A stretch of DNA of 64,000 nt. Origin: Chitinophaga pinensis. GTDB lineage: Bacteria > Bacteroidota > Bacteroidia > NS11-12g > UBA955. This document shows positions 9,979 to 20,680 of the stretch, in pieces. The stretch is taken from NCBI GenBank assembly GCA_945871905.1, contig CAMBXL010000008.1:32143-96142 (forward strand). Reading direction: 5' to 3'. Every line of letters begins with the position of its first letter. The first letter of the stretch is position 1. Made by a program: the position numbers and the translations under genes. Under the pieces are notes generated by a model. The model saw only the letters and a list, made by a program, of their open reading frames with translations. It searched no databases and had not been told where the DNA came from.

Positions 9979-10587
9979 GGCCAATTTTAAACCCACAAGT
10001 AAAAAGATAATTCCCGAAATCCTATTCACCCAAATAAACCATTTAGGTTGTATGAATGGTTTTATTTTATAGGCGCCGTAGGCAATTAAAAACTCAATCA
10101 AAAAGATACTGACCAAACTACTTGCAAAAAATACAATTTTGTCGTTCAATTGGTAGTCGAAACGAATAGTAAGCATGGAGCTGATAGTAAGCCAACTGAA
10201 AAAATTAACTGGATTTACAATATTGATTAAAAAGCCATTGGAGATGAAATAAAAAACAGAATTATTAGGATTGTCGAAAGCAATGCCTTCTTTGATGTTT
10301 ACGTTTTTTTTGAAGAACATAAATAGCCCCATAAGTGCTAAAATACTACCTCCCGAAACGGAAATTAAAAGTTCGTATTGTTTTAAGAACACAGCAAATC
10401 CGTGACTTAAAAGCGCTAAACTAATAAAGATGATGTCACTTGCTATGACCCCCAAAGCAATGTAAACACCTGTTTTGTAACCATAAATCAAACTGTTTCT
10501 AATAAGGGCAAAAAAAACAGTCCCAAGCATTAAACTGAGTGCTATGCCTGTTACAAAACCTTGGAATGAACATGTCAAAAAATGCAT
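9961..10587 (-). CDS. LysE family translocator
   Basis: GTVFFALIRNSL.YG..TG..IALGV..SD, GFLINIVNP. Confidence 0.8.
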   Translation of the reverse strand: MHFLTCSFQGFVTGIALSLMLGTVFFALIRNSLIYGYKTGVYIALGVIASDIIFISLALLSHGFAVFLKQYELLISVSGGSILALMGLFMFFKKNVNIKEGIAFDNPNNSVFYFISNGFLINIVNPVNFFSWLTISSMLTIRFDYQLNDKIVFFASSLVSIFLIEFLIAYGAYKIKPFIQPKWFIWVNRISGIIFLLVGLKLALGQFI

Positions 10588-10633
10588 ACTTAAAATTATT
10601 TTATTAAATGCTTAAAATAAGCTTTGCAAATTA

Positions 10634-10641
10634 TAACTTTG
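10634..10641 (+). promoter_or_regulatory. Bacteroidota -7 promoter element upstream of rbfA
   Basis: TAACTTTG 10 nt before the rbfA ATG. Confidence 0.55.
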
Positions 10642-10651
10642 CAATTGAATA

Positions 10652-11023
10652 ATGAGCACAAGAATAGAAAAATTTAACAGAGAGATTCAGCGTGAATTAG
10701 GCGTTATCTTTCAAACCAAAACCAATGATTGGTTTGGAGGCGCTTTTGTGACCGTAACCGAAGTTAGCTCAAGCCCTGATTTAAGTTATGTAAAGGCTTA
10801 TTTAAGTATTTTGAATGCTCCAAGCAATCAAGTTATATTTGCTATTATTCAGGATAATAATAAGTTGATAAGAAAAGAATTGGCCAATAAAATCAAAAAT
10901 GCAGTGCGTATTATTCCTGAATTGCAGTTTTTTGAAGACGAAAGTTTGGAAAAAGTAGCCAAATTTGAAAAAATATTCGAAAACTTAAGAAAAGAAAGAG
11001 AATCTCGAAACACAGAAGAATAA
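10652..11023 (+). CDS. rbfA: Ribosome-binding factor A
   Basis: VTVTEV..SPDLSYVKAYLS, IRKELA..I...VRIIPELQFFED. Confidence 0.92.
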   Translation: MSTRIEKFNREIQRELGVIFQTKTNDWFGGAFVTVTEVSSSPDLSYVKAYLSILNAPSNQVIFAIIQDNNKLIRKELANKIKNAVRIIPELQFFEDESLEKVAKFEKIFENLRKERESRNTEE

Positions 11024-11033
11024 CTGAACTAAA

Positions 11034-11837
11034 ATGCCTGATTCTTGTAATACCGATATTTTTTCTCAATCCTTGGACAATCACTCATGGTTGAGACGGT
11101 TTTATCACTATTTCTCTGATAATTTATTATTAAAAAACAAGATTTTAAAGCGTGAAATAGCCATTTGTAGTAAACGTAAAACCAAAGTTCAACACGTTTT
11201 TTACCCTGGTTTTGGTATTGGGCAGTTGCTTACTTTGTTTTATAATAAGCAAAAATACAATGTGTTTGCTATAGATTGTAACCCAAGTTTTGTGTCTAAA
11301 TCCACCACCTTTTTACAAAGCGAAAGTGTTAAAAATATTTATTGTAAAACAGAAAATGTGACCACTTATGTCAAACCCGAAAGTTTTGATTTGTCGCTGT
11401 GTGTTAATCTTCTCAATTATATAGAAAATGATGTAGAGGTTCTCCAAAATTTTTATACCAATTTAAAAAGTCCCGGAGTGTTGGTGTTATTTAACTCGAG
11501 CAATTATGCCGACCAAAGGGATACTAAGCTCTCTACAGGGATATACAAAGACAACACTTACCGCTTGGGATATAGTTTGGTTGAAATTAAAAGTAAGTTA
11601 AAACAAGCAGGTTTTGCTAAAGTAAAAGCTCGATATGTGTATGGTTTCCCGGGAGTATTGAGTTGGAAATTAACCACAGGGTGGCCTTCGTATGTCATCA
11701 AAAAATCGAGTTTGTTTTTTGCTTTCTTGCCATTGTATGTGGTTCTTGCCATTGTTCCCGTTTTTGTACTTAATCTTTTGGATATAGGCTTCCCTCATAC
11801 CAAGGGCAAATGTATTGTCGTAAAAGCGTTTAAATAA
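11034..11837 (+). CDS. Class I SAM-dependent methyltransferase-fold protein (degenerate motif I)
   Basis: VFYPGFGIGQ, VFAID, FDLSLCVNLLNYIENDVEVLQNFY..LKSPGVLVL. Confidence 0.7.
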   Translation: MPDSCNTDIFSQSLDNHSWLRRFYHYFSDNLLLKNKILKREIAICSKRKTKVQHVFYPGFGIGQLLTLFYNKQKYNVFAIDCNPSFVSKSTTFLQSESVKNIYCKTENVTTYVKPESFDLSLCVNLLNYIENDVEVLQNFYTNLKSPGVLVLFNSSNYADQRDTKLSTGIYKDNTYRLGYSLVEIKSKLKQAGFAKVKARYVYGFPGVLSWKLTTGWPSYVIKKSSLFFAFLPLYVVLAIVPVFVLNLLDIGFPHTKGKCIVVKAFK

Positions 11838-11838
11838 T

Positions 11839-13041
11839 TTGGCATTTTCACAATTCATAGCGTTTCGGTATTTGTTTGCCAAAAAGAAAAGAAATGCCAT
11901 CAATATCATTTCATCTATTGCTGTTTTAGCATTCACAGTTTGTACCACCGCCTTAATTATTATTTTAAGTACCATGAACGGTTTCGAAGAATTAATTTTT
12001 TCGATGTACAATAAATTTAACCCCGATATTAAAATTACACCTATCGAAGGTAAGTTTTTTGAATACCAATCAACCCTTGCTAAAGTTAAAAAAATAGAGG
12101 GAGTGGCATTTGTAATGCCTAGTTTAGAAGACCATGCCGTAGTGAGAAATCACGACTATCAAACGATTTGTACTGTAAAGGGGGTTGATGACCGTTATTT
12201 TAAAATTAATGATTTAGAAGGTCGAATTTCTGAAGGTGAAGCTTTGTTAAGCGAAAAAAATGTACCATTGATGGTTTTGGGATCAGGCGTAGGAGTTAAG
12301 GTCAATGCCTCAACAACAGGTCCCTTCAGTCAGTTAACCGTTATCACACCACGAAGAGGCGATTACAGTGTCAGTGACCCTGAAGCAGTCAATCAGTTTT
12401 TGATACAACCCTCGGGACTGATTACACTTGATGAAGCCATAAGCAATAAGTATGTTTTTGTTCCAATGTCCTTTGCCGAACAACTTTTTGAAACCAATGG
12501 GAAAGCAAGTTCCCTTGAAATAAAATTACACAAAAATGCCAATGAGGAAAAAGTGTATCAAGCCATTCAAAATCTATTAGGTAAAGAATTTAAAGTTCAA
12601 AACAGAATGGAACAGCAAGCCACTTTGTACAAAATGTTTAAAAGCGAAAAATGGGCAAGTTTTGCAATTCTTACTTTTATTCTACTCATAGCGGCCTTCA
12701 ATGCACTTGGCAGTTTGACGATGTTGGTTATTGAAAAAAAAGAGGATATTTCTACATTGATAAGTATGGGCGCATCCAAACGGATAATTCAAAAAATATT
12801 CTTTTCCATAGGGTTTCTAATTTCCTTTTTTGGAGCATTTTTAGGTCTGTTGATTGGTTTAGGTTTGGTTGCTTTGCAACAATCTACAGGTTTTATTAAA
12901 ATGCAAGGAGCCATAGTGGACAGTTACCCCGTAAAAATAAAAGGGGAGGACATTCTTTTAGTCCTGTTTACGGTATTATTTCTCGGATTAATCGTTGGGA
13001 TTTTGCCAGCCCGAAAATCAGTTTCAATTGTTAAAAAGTAA
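11839..13041 (+). CDS. FtsX-like / LolC-E type ABC transporter permease
   Basis: IAFRYLFAKK, STMNGFE, IAAFNALGSLTMLVIEKKEDI..L.SMGA. Confidence 0.88.
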   Translation: MAFSQFIAFRYLFAKKKRNAINIISSIAVLAFTVCTTALIIILSTMNGFEELIFSMYNKFNPDIKITPIEGKFFEYQSTLAKVKKIEGVAFVMPSLEDHAVVRNHDYQTICTVKGVDDRYFKINDLEGRISEGEALLSEKNVPLMVLGSGVGVKVNASTTGPFSQLTVITPRRGDYSVSDPEAVNQFLIQPSGLITLDEAISNKYVFVPMSFAEQLFETNGKASSLEIKLHKNANEEKVYQAIQNLLGKEFKVQNRMEQQATLYKMFKSEKWASFAILTFILLIAAFNALGSLTMLVIEKKEDISTLISMGASKRIIQKIFFSIGFLISFFGAFLGLLIGLGLVALQQSTGFIKMQGAIVDSYPVKIKGEDILLVLFTVLFLGLIVGILPARKSVSIVKK

Positions 13042-13106
13042 TGGAGATTTCGTCAGAACTTTTTTTAAATCAATCTGTTGAACTATTACTTTTGTATCCA
13101 TAAGCT

Positions 13107-14780
13107 TTGAGTCTATTCCAAACCAATATTAACGCTATCGTTTCAGGCCTTTATGCTCATGGAATAAATGATGTAGTGATCAGTCCAGGAAGTAGAAATG
13201 CGCCTATTATTATGGCATTTGTTAGACACCCACATTTTCAATGTTGGTCTGTCCCCGATGAAAGGTCGGCGGGATTTATTGCGTTAGGAATTGCAAAAGC
13301 TCAACAAAAACCTGTGGTACTTTTGTGTACCAGTGGTTCAGCTTTGGTTAATTACTATCCAGCCATTGTCGAAGCTTACTACATGCAAGTGCCTTTGATT
13401 GTGATTAGTGCCGACCGACCTGAAAAAATGCTAGACCGTTGGGATGGGCAAACCATTCATCAATTTGATATTTTCAACCGCCATGTTTATGGGTCGTACC
13501 AAACCCCTGAAAATTTGGATGTTAATCAGTTCACTAAAATATTTGAAATCACAGACCAACTTTATTTGCAATGCAATGAAGCTATCAAAGGACCTGTTCA
13601 CCTGAATGTGCCTTTGCGTGAACCTTTGTACGAAGCAGCAAAAACTGTTTTTGAATATCCCCATTACAAGGTTGTGAAAAAAGCAGAAGTAAATGAAGTA
13701 GAATGGGAAATAGGGATAGATTCTGAACATTTCTTTCAAGATTTTCCTAAAGTGATGGTTTTGCTAGGGGCCAATGACCCCACTGATGCATACAGTGAAC
13801 TTAAGGAAATGGTGGATTACCGATTTGCGCTTGTTATTGCCGATGTTATATCGAATGCGCATGCTTATGGGACTTTCAAAAATATTGAATTGTATTTGCT
13901 CTCTGCCACTGAAGCGCAAAAGAAAATGTTGGCTCCCGATTTGTTAATCACAACAGGGCAAATGATTATCAGCAAACCATTAAAACAGTTGCTAAGGTCT
14001 AACCCTCCGAAGCAACATTGGCATATTGCCGAAAATGGATACTGTGCGGACCCGTTTTTCTCGGAACCGCAGGTTTTGCAAATGAATCCGCTCGACTTTT
14101 TTAAGCAGTTTAAAAAATATTTACCGCAAGTGCCTTCAAAATATGTGTCTGATATTTCGAATAATGTAGAACAATTAAAGGGTAAAATAAAATGGTCGCA
14201 GTTTGGAGAATTGTCTGCCATAACTGAAGTATTAAATGCCCTTCCAGAAAAGATTGGGCTGCATTTGTCAAACAGTATGACGATTCGAAATGTCTCTTTT
14301 TTAGGCGAATACATTAAAGAACATTGGTGTGTTTATGGAAACAGAGGCGTAAGTGGTATTGATGGATGTACAAGTACGGCCGTTGGAATGGCTATTGCGC
14401 AACCCCATTTATTACAGGTGTTGATTACAGGCGATGTTGCCTTTTTTTATGACATTAATGCTTTTTGGCATTCGTATTCAATCCCTAACTTTAAGGTCGT
14501 TTTAATGAATAATTCTGGAGGAGGAATTTTTGATATTATCGATGGGCCAAGCCAATTGCCAGAACTGAATCCATACATTAAAACACCTCATCAATTCAAT
14601 GCAAAAGACATTGCAAACCATTATAAATTGAATTATTTTTGTGCAAATGATAACAACAGTTTGAAGGATGCATTAAAGGCATTTTTGCAAAGTGAAACTT
14701 GTAGCATTTTGGAAATACAGACAGATTCAATAAGCAATCAATCAATTATTAAAAATATAAAATCTATACAATATGAGTAA
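13107..14780 (+). CDS. menD: SEPHCHC synthase (menaquinone biosynthesis)
   Basis: [58 protein letters not shown]. Confidence 0.95.
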   Translation: MSLFQTNINAIVSGLYAHGINDVVISPGSRNAPIIMAFVRHPHFQCWSVPDERSAGFIALGIAKAQQKPVVLLCTSGSALVNYYPAIVEAYYMQVPLIVISADRPEKMLDRWDGQTIHQFDIFNRHVYGSYQTPENLDVNQFTKIFEITDQLYLQCNEAIKGPVHLNVPLREPLYEAAKTVFEYPHYKVVKKAEVNEVEWEIGIDSEHFFQDFPKVMVLLGANDPTDAYSELKEMVDYRFALVIADVISNAHAYGTFKNIELYLLSATEAQKKMLAPDLLITTGQMIISKPLKQLLRSNPPKQHWHIAENGYCADPFFSEPQVLQMNPLDFFKQFKKYLPQVPSKYVSDISNNVEQLKGKIKWSQFGELSAITEVLNALPEKIGLHLSNSMTIRNVSFLGEYIKEHWCVYGNRGVSGIDGCTSTAVGMAIAQPHLLQVLITGDVAFFYDINAFWHSYSIPNFKVVLMNNSGGGIFDIIDGPSQLPELNPYIKTPHQFNAKDIANHYKLNYFCANDNNSLKDALKAFLQSETCSILEIQTDSISNQSIIKNIKSIQYE

Positions 14781-15594
14781 AAGAGAATGGCAGACGATTA
14801 AGGAATACGACGAAATAAAGTTCGAGTATTTTGAAGGAATCGCAAAGATTACGATTAACAGACCGCGTTATCACAATGCATTTACCCCTAAAACTAACAT
14901 GGAAATGATAGAAGCGATGGATTATGCACGTGAACATCAAGATATTTGTTGCGTGGTTTTGACAGGCGAGGGCGACAAAGCATTTTGTAGTGGTGGAGAT
15001 CAAAATATTAAAACATTGGGAGGATACAAAGACGAAGCTGGAATTCCCCGTTTGAATGTGCTCGACTTACAAAAAAGAATCCGTTCACTTCCTAAACCCG
15101 TTATTGCAATGGTAAATGGTTACGCCATTGGTGGTGGCCATGTTTTGCACGTAGTGTGCGACTTAACCATTGCTTCAGAAAATGCTAAATTTGGACAAAC
15201 AGGTCCTAAAGTTGGTAGTTTTGATGGTGGGTTTGGTAGCAGTTATTTGGCAAGAATAGTGGGGCAGAAAAAAGCAAGAGAGATTTGGTTTCTGTGCAGA
15301 CAATATTCAGCTCAAGAGGCTTTCGATATGGGTTTGGTAAATAAAGTAGTGCCTTTTGATAAGTTAGAAGATGAAGTGGTAGAATGGTGTCACGAAATGA
15401 TGCTAAAAAGCCCTATGGCATTGCGTATGATTAAATACGGACTGAATGCAGAGTTGGATGGACAAGCGGGTATTCAGGAGTTAGCAGGAAGCGCTACTTT
15501 ATTGTATTACTTTACTGAAGAAGCACAAGAAGGTAAAAATGCCTTTTTAGAAAAACGCAAACCAGACTTTACAAAATATCCTAAGTTCCCATAA
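14773..15594 (+). CDS. menB: 1,4-dihydroxy-2-naphthoyl-CoA synthase
   Basis: [43 protein letters not shown]. Confidence 0.95.
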   Translation: MSKREWQTIKEYDEIKFEYFEGIAKITINRPRYHNAFTPKTNMEMIEAMDYAREHQDICCVVLTGEGDKAFCSGGDQNIKTLGGYKDEAGIPRLNVLDLQKRIRSLPKPVIAMVNGYAIGGGHVLHVVCDLTIASENAKFGQTGPKVGSFDGGFGSSYLARIVGQKKAREIWFLCRQYSAQEAFDMGLVNKVVPFDKLEDEVVEWCHEMMLKSPMALRMIKYGLNAELDGQAGIQELAGSATLLYYFTEEAQEGKNAFLEKRKPDFTKYPKFP

Positions 15595-15618
15595 TACTTA
15601 CAGGACTAATATCAAATT

Positions 15619-15653
15619 AAAAGGCTAACTCTAAATGGAGTTAGCCTTTTTTT
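15619..15653. terminator. Bidirectional intrinsic terminator
   Basis: AAAAGGCTAACTC-TAAATG-GAGTTAGCCTTTTTTT between convergent menB and the TauE gene. Confidence 0.8.
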
Positions 15654-15665
15654 GTTTCAAATGCA

Positions 15666-16439
15666 TTAAATAAATCCTAATGCAAGACCGATAGAAATTA
15701 CAATTAAGAATACCGCAACCATTCTTTGTATCCAAATAAAAGTAACTTTTTTTAGTAAGCGATGACCAATTACAGCACCCATAATAGCAGCTGAAGTAGA
15801 GCCTACAAGTAAGGGCAAATGCCCAATAAGTTGTTTACTGAATAATTGTGAACTGTATAAACTTAAACGACTTAAATCAACAAAAGTGGAAACCACAACG
15901 GCGGTTCCAATAAATTGTTCTTTGCTTAAACCTGCTTTTATTAAAAATGCAGTTCTAAAGGCTCCTTGATTGCCACTTAAACCACCAAAAAAGCCACTAA
16001 GTATTCCACCTAAAGGAAGTTTATTGGGACTAAATGCTAGAGTCTGAAAAGAAGGAGTGAGGTCGAGTATGGCAAAAAAGATAAGAAGGATAGAAACTAA
16101 GAATTTGAAAGGATAGACAGAGAAGTCATGATTAAACAATGAATACGAGTACAATGGGGGTAAATCTTTGAAATAAAGCATAAGAAAAGACCCTAATACT
16201 GCGAATAGAACGGCAGGAATTCCAAATTTAATTAAAACCTCTTTTTTGGCATGCTTACCTACTAGTATAAGTTTAAATAAATTGTTAAATAAATGTACAA
16301 TCCCTGTTAATGCAATGGCAATTTCAACAGGAAAGTATATCATCATAACAGGAGTTAGCAAGGAGCCCAATCCAAAACCTGAAAAAAAAGTCAGTACTGA
16401 AGCGAGAAAAGCTAGGGTACAAAGAAGTATCAATTCCAT
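15666..16439 (-). CDS. Sulfite exporter TauE/SafE family protein
   Basis: FSGFGLGSLLTP, GGILSGFFGGLSG.QGAFR. Confidence 0.85.
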   Translation of the reverse strand: MELILLCTLAFLASVLTFFSGFGLGSLLTPVMMIYFPVEIAIALTGIVHLFNNLFKLILVGKHAKKEVLIKFGIPAVLFAVLGSFLMLYFKDLPPLYSYSLFNHDFSVYPFKFLVSILLIFFAILDLTPSFQTLAFSPNKLPLGGILSGFFGGLSGNQGAFRTAFLIKAGLSKEQFIGTAVVVSTFVDLSRLSLYSSQLFSKQLIGHLPLLVGSTSAAIMGAVIGHRLLKKVTFIWIQRMVAVFLIVISIGLALGFI

Positions 16440-16488
16440 ATTTGTTCGATTTTTAACAGATCGAAATTGAGTTAAGCGTTACAAACTC

Positions 16489-17031
16489 TTATTTTAACTG
16501 AAATGAATTCAAGAATTCATTAATAGAAGCATTGTTGTCTTTGTCTGCTAAGGTAATAGTTTGAAGTATGTACATTTTGTTTTTTACTAAATAAAGTCTC
16601 ATTCTGATAAAAGCAGCACCATCGCCATAATCAACCTTAATTTCTCTGCCCGGGTATTTGTCAATTGAAATGTTATTTTCTGACAATAGTTTGCCTTTAA
16701 CATTTTTTACAGCACCGTCTATGGCACCTCTGAACATATTTGAAATTAATTCGGCGTCATTTGAATCAATAGTACTATCGGGATATTCGGTAGAAATAAT
16801 ACCATAAACCAAGTTGTCTTCTGTACCTGTCTTAGAAGCGTCTAACATATGTATATGCATGGTTAAGTTGCCTACAGCTGAATTCACCACTTTTGTTTCA
16901 TAGGTTGGTTTGCTTGGGAATTTAGCTTTAAAGTCGGCTACTTCATAGATTTCCCATTGGCTGGCATTGGTAAATCCGAATGAAATAAAGAGTAGAGATA
17001 ATACTGCTGCTAGAGATTTTAACTTTTTCAT
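16489..17031 (-). CDS. Hypothetical exported protein (PsbP/DcrB-like pattern)
   Basis: Signal peptide, F.AKFPSKP, YPGREI, R.YLVKNKMYILQ. Confidence 0.55.
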   Translation of the reverse strand: MKKLKSLAAVLSLLFISFGFTNASQWEIYEVADFKAKFPSKPTYETKVVNSAVGNLTMHIHMLDASKTGTEDNLVYGIISTEYPDSTIDSNDAELISNMFRGAIDGAVKNVKGKLLSENNISIDKYPGREIKVDYGDGAAFIRMRLYLVKNKMYILQTITLADKDNNASINEFLNSFQLK

Positions 17032-17041
17032 ATTAAAGGAA

Positions 17042-17548
17042 TTATATTGGTTTATTTATGACTTCAATTTTACTCAAAAATTTTTGAATTTCTATGTTTT
17101 TTTTGGTGCCTATTAAAACCCTTTTTCCGTTTTTAAGCGTAATGTCTATCCCTTGATTGCCAGAAACATTGTATGCCATCCCTTTTCTACCATAGCGAAT
17201 ACCCCAACCGCCAAATTCTTTGATAGGACTGTATTCTCTCACTTCGCAGTTTGCAATGTCACTCCATAAGTAGGAGGTAAATCGTCTGGAAAATGGAATA
17301 AACTTAAAGTGAATGCCTTGGTCATCAATTCGAGTTTGTAATCCTATGTTCATAAATAACAAAGCAAATAAAGTGAAACAAATATATAAAATAATAATAC
17401 CGGTATCACTCAATGGTTTGTCGCCCCAAGGGGTTCCTGTTATCAATTGAGACAATAGTCCATATAATATTAATACATCTATGCCCCCAAGTAAAATCAA
17501 AATCCACCATTGTCTGAAATATTGTTTTTCTGTAATTATTTCCTTCAT
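17042..17548 (-). CDS. Hypothetical membrane protein (DUF6141-like)
   Basis: EKQYFRQWW, TM helices, REYSPIKEFGGWGIR..AYNVSGN.GI, LIGT. Start taken at MKEII. Confidence 0.65.
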   Translation of the reverse strand: MKEIITEKQYFRQWWILILLGGIDVLILYGLLSQLITGTPWGDKPLSDTGIIILYICFTLFALLFMNIGLQTRIDDQGIHFKFIPFSRRFTSYLWSDIANCEVREYSPIKEFGGWGIRYGRKGMAYNVSGNQGIDITLKNGKRVLIGTKKNIEIQKFLSKIEVINKPI

Positions 17549-17558
17549 ATCTGTAAGT

Positions 17559-18245
17559 TTATTGATTGCCAATTGTTTGAAGTTCGTCGGATGGATAAAT
17601 GGCAAATCCAGGTTTGTTTAGTAACGCTATGTTAACCATTGCTTTAGCCACAGTTTTTGCTTCTATAGCTTTGTACTTTTTTAAAGTGCCTATTAAAAAC
17701 AAAGATAAAACAGGTAAAATATAGGTGGCTAATTTCTCACCTAATCTAAATTCTTTTCTATCTCCCAAAAGTAATGAAGGTCTTAAAATGGAAACCGAGT
17801 TAAAAGCTGATTGCTGAAGAAACGTTTCAATTTCTCCCTTCGTTTTGAGGTAAAAATTAGTTGATTCAAGGTCAGCCCCCAAAGATGAGATTAACAAAAA
17901 TTGCTTAACATGATTGTTTAATGCCATTTGTGCAAATTGTTCGGGATATACCACATCCACTAGCCTAAAATCTTCTTTACTGCCTGCTTTTTTGATTGTA
18001 GTACCCATGGTGCAAAACATTACATCGCCATTTACAAAAGGTTCTATCGTTTTTAAATCATTAAAATCAATGAGGTGTTCTTCGATTTTGGGATGTAAAA
18101 TTAAACAAGGACGTCTATTGAACACAATGACTTTTTCGAAATTTGGATTTGATAATAGCTGAATCACAAGATGTGAGCCAATTAAACCAGAACTACCAAT
18201 GACTAAAGCCGTTTTTTTTGAGTTTAAATCTACAGAGTTTGACAT
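17559..18245 (-). CDS. NAD(P)-binding oxidoreductase (TIP30/YraR-like)
   Basis: ALVIGSSGLIG, FCTMGTTIKKAGS, SSLGA, FYLKTKGEIE, RPSLLLG. Confidence 0.85.
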   Translation of the reverse strand: MSNSVDLNSKKTALVIGSSGLIGSHLVIQLLSNPNFEKVIVFNRRPCLILHPKIEEHLIDFNDLKTIEPFVNGDVMFCTMGTTIKKAGSKEDFRLVDVVYPEQFAQMALNNHVKQFLLISSLGADLESTNFYLKTKGEIETFLQQSAFNSVSILRPSLLLGDRKEFRLGEKLATYILPVLSLFLIGTLKKYKAIEAKTVAKAMVNIALLNKPGFAIYPSDELQTIGNQ

Positions 18246-18330
18246 GTCTTTAATAAATTCAAATTTAACTTAATTCTATAACAGTCCCTTTTTTGGTAGT
18301 CTATTTTTAAAGCGGATTTGTCGTATTCTT

Positions 18331-18996
18331 TTAACTTAAAGCTTGCTTTTGTCGAAGCAATTCGCCTTTAATCGCATTTTCAAAAACCAAATCCTCTTGA
18401 GCTCCTGAAATAAAAAATTTGTCATTGAATAAAAAATGAGGAACTCCTCTCAAACTAATGTTTTTTGATTGGTAAATGTCGTTATCAACGGCCTCAGAAT
18501 AGACAGTGCTATTTAAAACTTCCTTGGCGTTTTGTGTGTCCAAACCCACCTTTCCAACTGCTGAAATTAAGTTTTCATGATTTGATAAATCAATGCCATC
18601 GGTAAAATAAGCTTTCATAAAGGCTTCTTTTAATTCAGAACTTTTGTTGAATTCTTTCGACCATTGTAAGAGTCTGTGAGCATTAAAAGTATTAAAAACC
18701 ATGGATTTATCCAATTGGAAGTCAATCCCATACTGCAAGCCCTGTTGTTTTAAGTATTCATTCATTCCTTGCATTTGTTCAGCAGAAATATTCTTTTTCT
18801 TCATTAAATAATCCAAAGAAGGATATGCTTTTTCAGTGGGTAAATCTGGGTCAAGTTGATAACTGCGCCAAATGATTTGTACTTCATCTTCAATATTAAG
18901 TTTTTCAACCACTTGTTGGATTTTCTTTTTTCCAACGTAGCAGAATGGACAAACGATGTCGCTCCATATTTCAATGTTTATAACGGGATTTTTCAT
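18331..18996 (-). CDS. DsbA family oxidoreductase (FrnE-like)
   Basis: IEIWSDIVCPFCYVG, NTFNAHRL, GVPHF, ISGAQ. Confidence 0.88.
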   Translation of the reverse strand: MKNPVINIEIWSDIVCPFCYVGKKKIQQVVEKLNIEDEVQIIWRSYQLDPDLPTEKAYPSLDYLMKKKNISAEQMQGMNEYLKQQGLQYGIDFQLDKSMVFNTFNAHRLLQWSKEFNKSSELKEAFMKAYFTDGIDLSNHENLISAVGKVGLDTQNAKEVLNSTVYSEAVDNDIYQSKNISLRGVPHFLFNDKFFISGAQEDLVFENAIKGELLRQKQALS

Positions 18997-19000
18997 TGCT

Positions 19001-19357
19001 TTATTTTTTGTTTTTTGCGAAATTTTCTTCGATTCTAAATTTGATAATTTCTTCAATCAGTGAATATGGAATGGCTTGGTTTAGTGGAAATTGAACCGAT
19101 CCTTTGCCTTGTTTGTATGCCAAAATTTTTTCTTTAAAAGCTTCGTGACCAGTGGGTGTCGCATAAAATCCAATGTGATTTTTGTAGGCAGCAAAGTAAA
19201 CCAAAGGCTTACCATTTGTTTTGTAAGCAGGCATTCCATAAGAAAAATCTTCCTCGGAATGGGGTGCATTTTGTTTGATTAGTTGATGGATTTTGAGTAG
19301 AATTTCTTTAGTAAAAGTAGGAAAACTATCAATATAAGCTTCAGTTTGAGCGTGCAT
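19001..19357 (-). CDS. DUF1801 (YdhG-like) domain protein
   Basis: YIDSFP, SYGMPAYK, LVYFAAYKNHIGFY, KGSVQFP. Confidence 0.85.
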   Translation of the reverse strand: MHAQTEAYIDSFPTFTKEILLKIHQLIKQNAPHSEEDFSYGMPAYKTNGKPLVYFAAYKNHIGFYATPTGHEAFKEKILAYKQGKGSVQFPLNQAIPYSLIEEIIKFRIEENFAKNKK

Positions 19358-19363
19358 ATTGGC

Positions 19364-19723
19364 TTAAATTTTCTTTAAATCTTTACAGGTTAATGCATGT
19401 TCTACATTGCCGGTGTTGAGCGTTCCTGAAGGTTCAAACAGTAGTATTATTGCTTCGTTTTCTGCCACAGGTCGATGTTCTACTCCCTTGGGAATAATAA
19501 TATAGTCGTTTTCCTTTATGTCTAGTGTTTGGTCTCTTAGTTCCATTTTAAATTGACCCGAAACCACCAAGAACAACTCATCTTCATTGTCGTGTTTATG
19601 CCACACAAATTCTCCTTTTATCTTGGCCAACTTGACTTGTTGCCCGTTCAACTCTCCAATAATTTGAGGTTGCCAATAGTTGTTAATCAATTTGGCTTTT
19701 TCATGCAAATTCCCTTTTGTCAT
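19364..19723 (-). CDS. Cupin domain protein
   Basis: GEFVWHKHDNEDELF, IPKGVEHRP. Confidence 0.88.
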   Translation of the reverse strand: MTKGNLHEKAKLINNYWQPQIIGELNGQQVKLAKIKGEFVWHKHDNEDELFLVVSGQFKMELRDQTLDIKENDYIIIPKGVEHRPVAENEAIILLFEPSGTLNTGNVEHALTCKDLKKI

Positions 19724-19733
19724 TTTAATGGTT

Positions 19734-20156
19734 CTATGCTGATGGGCTTGAATTTCGATTTCCTATTTTTATAGCCAAATAAGTCATGGGAATATAGGCC
19801 AATACGAGGTCGGTAATATTAAACCATAGAGGAGAAGGGAGCATGAAAATGTTAGCTGTTCCACCCAATAAAAAGAAAATACCTACAGTCCATGCAAACT
19901 TGATTTGATGTGTTGCGGCAATTCTAAGTGCAATTATGACACCAGCAAAAGTCCCTATAGCATGGGCTAAAAAGGGCATTATAAAATGCTTGGGTTCAAA
20001 CAAATGAATACCTGCTTTTAAACCTTCTAGGGTTTTTACATCTACACCATTCGGTGGAGGAATTATAGAGTTGCTGATGTTAATAATACTCATGTTAACA
20101 AGGCTACCAATGACAATGCCAAGTATGACGGCTAATATATTTTTAACTATTTGCAT
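19734..20156 (-). CDS. Hypothetical membrane protein
   Basis: KNILAVILG.VIGS.VNM, PFLAHAIGT, DL.LAYIPM. Start taken at MQIVK. Confidence 0.65.
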   Translation of the reverse strand: MQIVKNILAVILGIVIGSLVNMSIINISNSIIPPPNGVDVKTLEGLKAGIHLFEPKHFIMPFLAHAIGTFAGVIIALRIAATHQIKFAWTVGIFFLLGGTANIFMLPSPLWFNITDLVLAYIPMTYLAIKIGNRNSSPSA

Positions 20157-20160
20157 GATT

Positions 20161-20520
20161 CTAAGGGGTTCTACTGTCTTTCCAAACCAATTCTTCATTG
20201 CTTCTTTTATTAAAAAAATCCACACATTTTCCATCACCACCGCCCATTATTCCGCCATCAGGTCTGCAACTCAATTGGCATTTTTCATTGAACAATTCAC
20301 TTGGGATATCAAAACATTTGGCTGGGAAATAATAAACCGTTTCGCCATTGTATTGGTATTTCCATACCTCACTAGGTGGATTGCTGGGAGGAGATTTTAG
20401 TATCTCGCGAATTTTACTTTTAACACAACTTGGCGTATTAGATGGCGTTTCAATCTTTTTACAATTAAAAGACAAAAGGATTAAAGTTGTTAAAAGCAGA
20501 GTGTTTAAGTAAATTTTCAT
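20161..20520 (-). CDS. Cys-rich lipoprotein (DUF6970-like)
   Basis: Lipobox LSFNC, YQYNGETVYY, C.PDGG..GGGDGKC.DF. Confidence 0.65.
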   Translation of the reverse strand: MKIYLNTLLLTTLILLSFNCKKIETPSNTPSCVKSKIREILKSPPSNPPSEVWKYQYNGETVYYFPAKCFDIPSELFNEKCQLSCRPDGGIMGGGDGKCVDFFNKRSNEELVWKDSRTP

Positions 20521-20680
20521 TGAAGCTTGAACCAATTTTAAAAACAAATATAGTTAATTATCTAAAATTCTGTTGATTTTATTCAATAATGTTAAGGAAG
20601 TATTCCAATTTCTAGAAGTGGCCACAACGCCTAACTTATTTTTAATCCATTGATTGCTTAATTTCGTGTTGCCATATCCA

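Noticed and set aside
20621-20635. attC-like fragment GCCACAACGCCTAAC (GTTAGGC on minus strand)
   Set aside because: No complementary arm at a suitable distance, no similar sites between the other small genes, and no integrase
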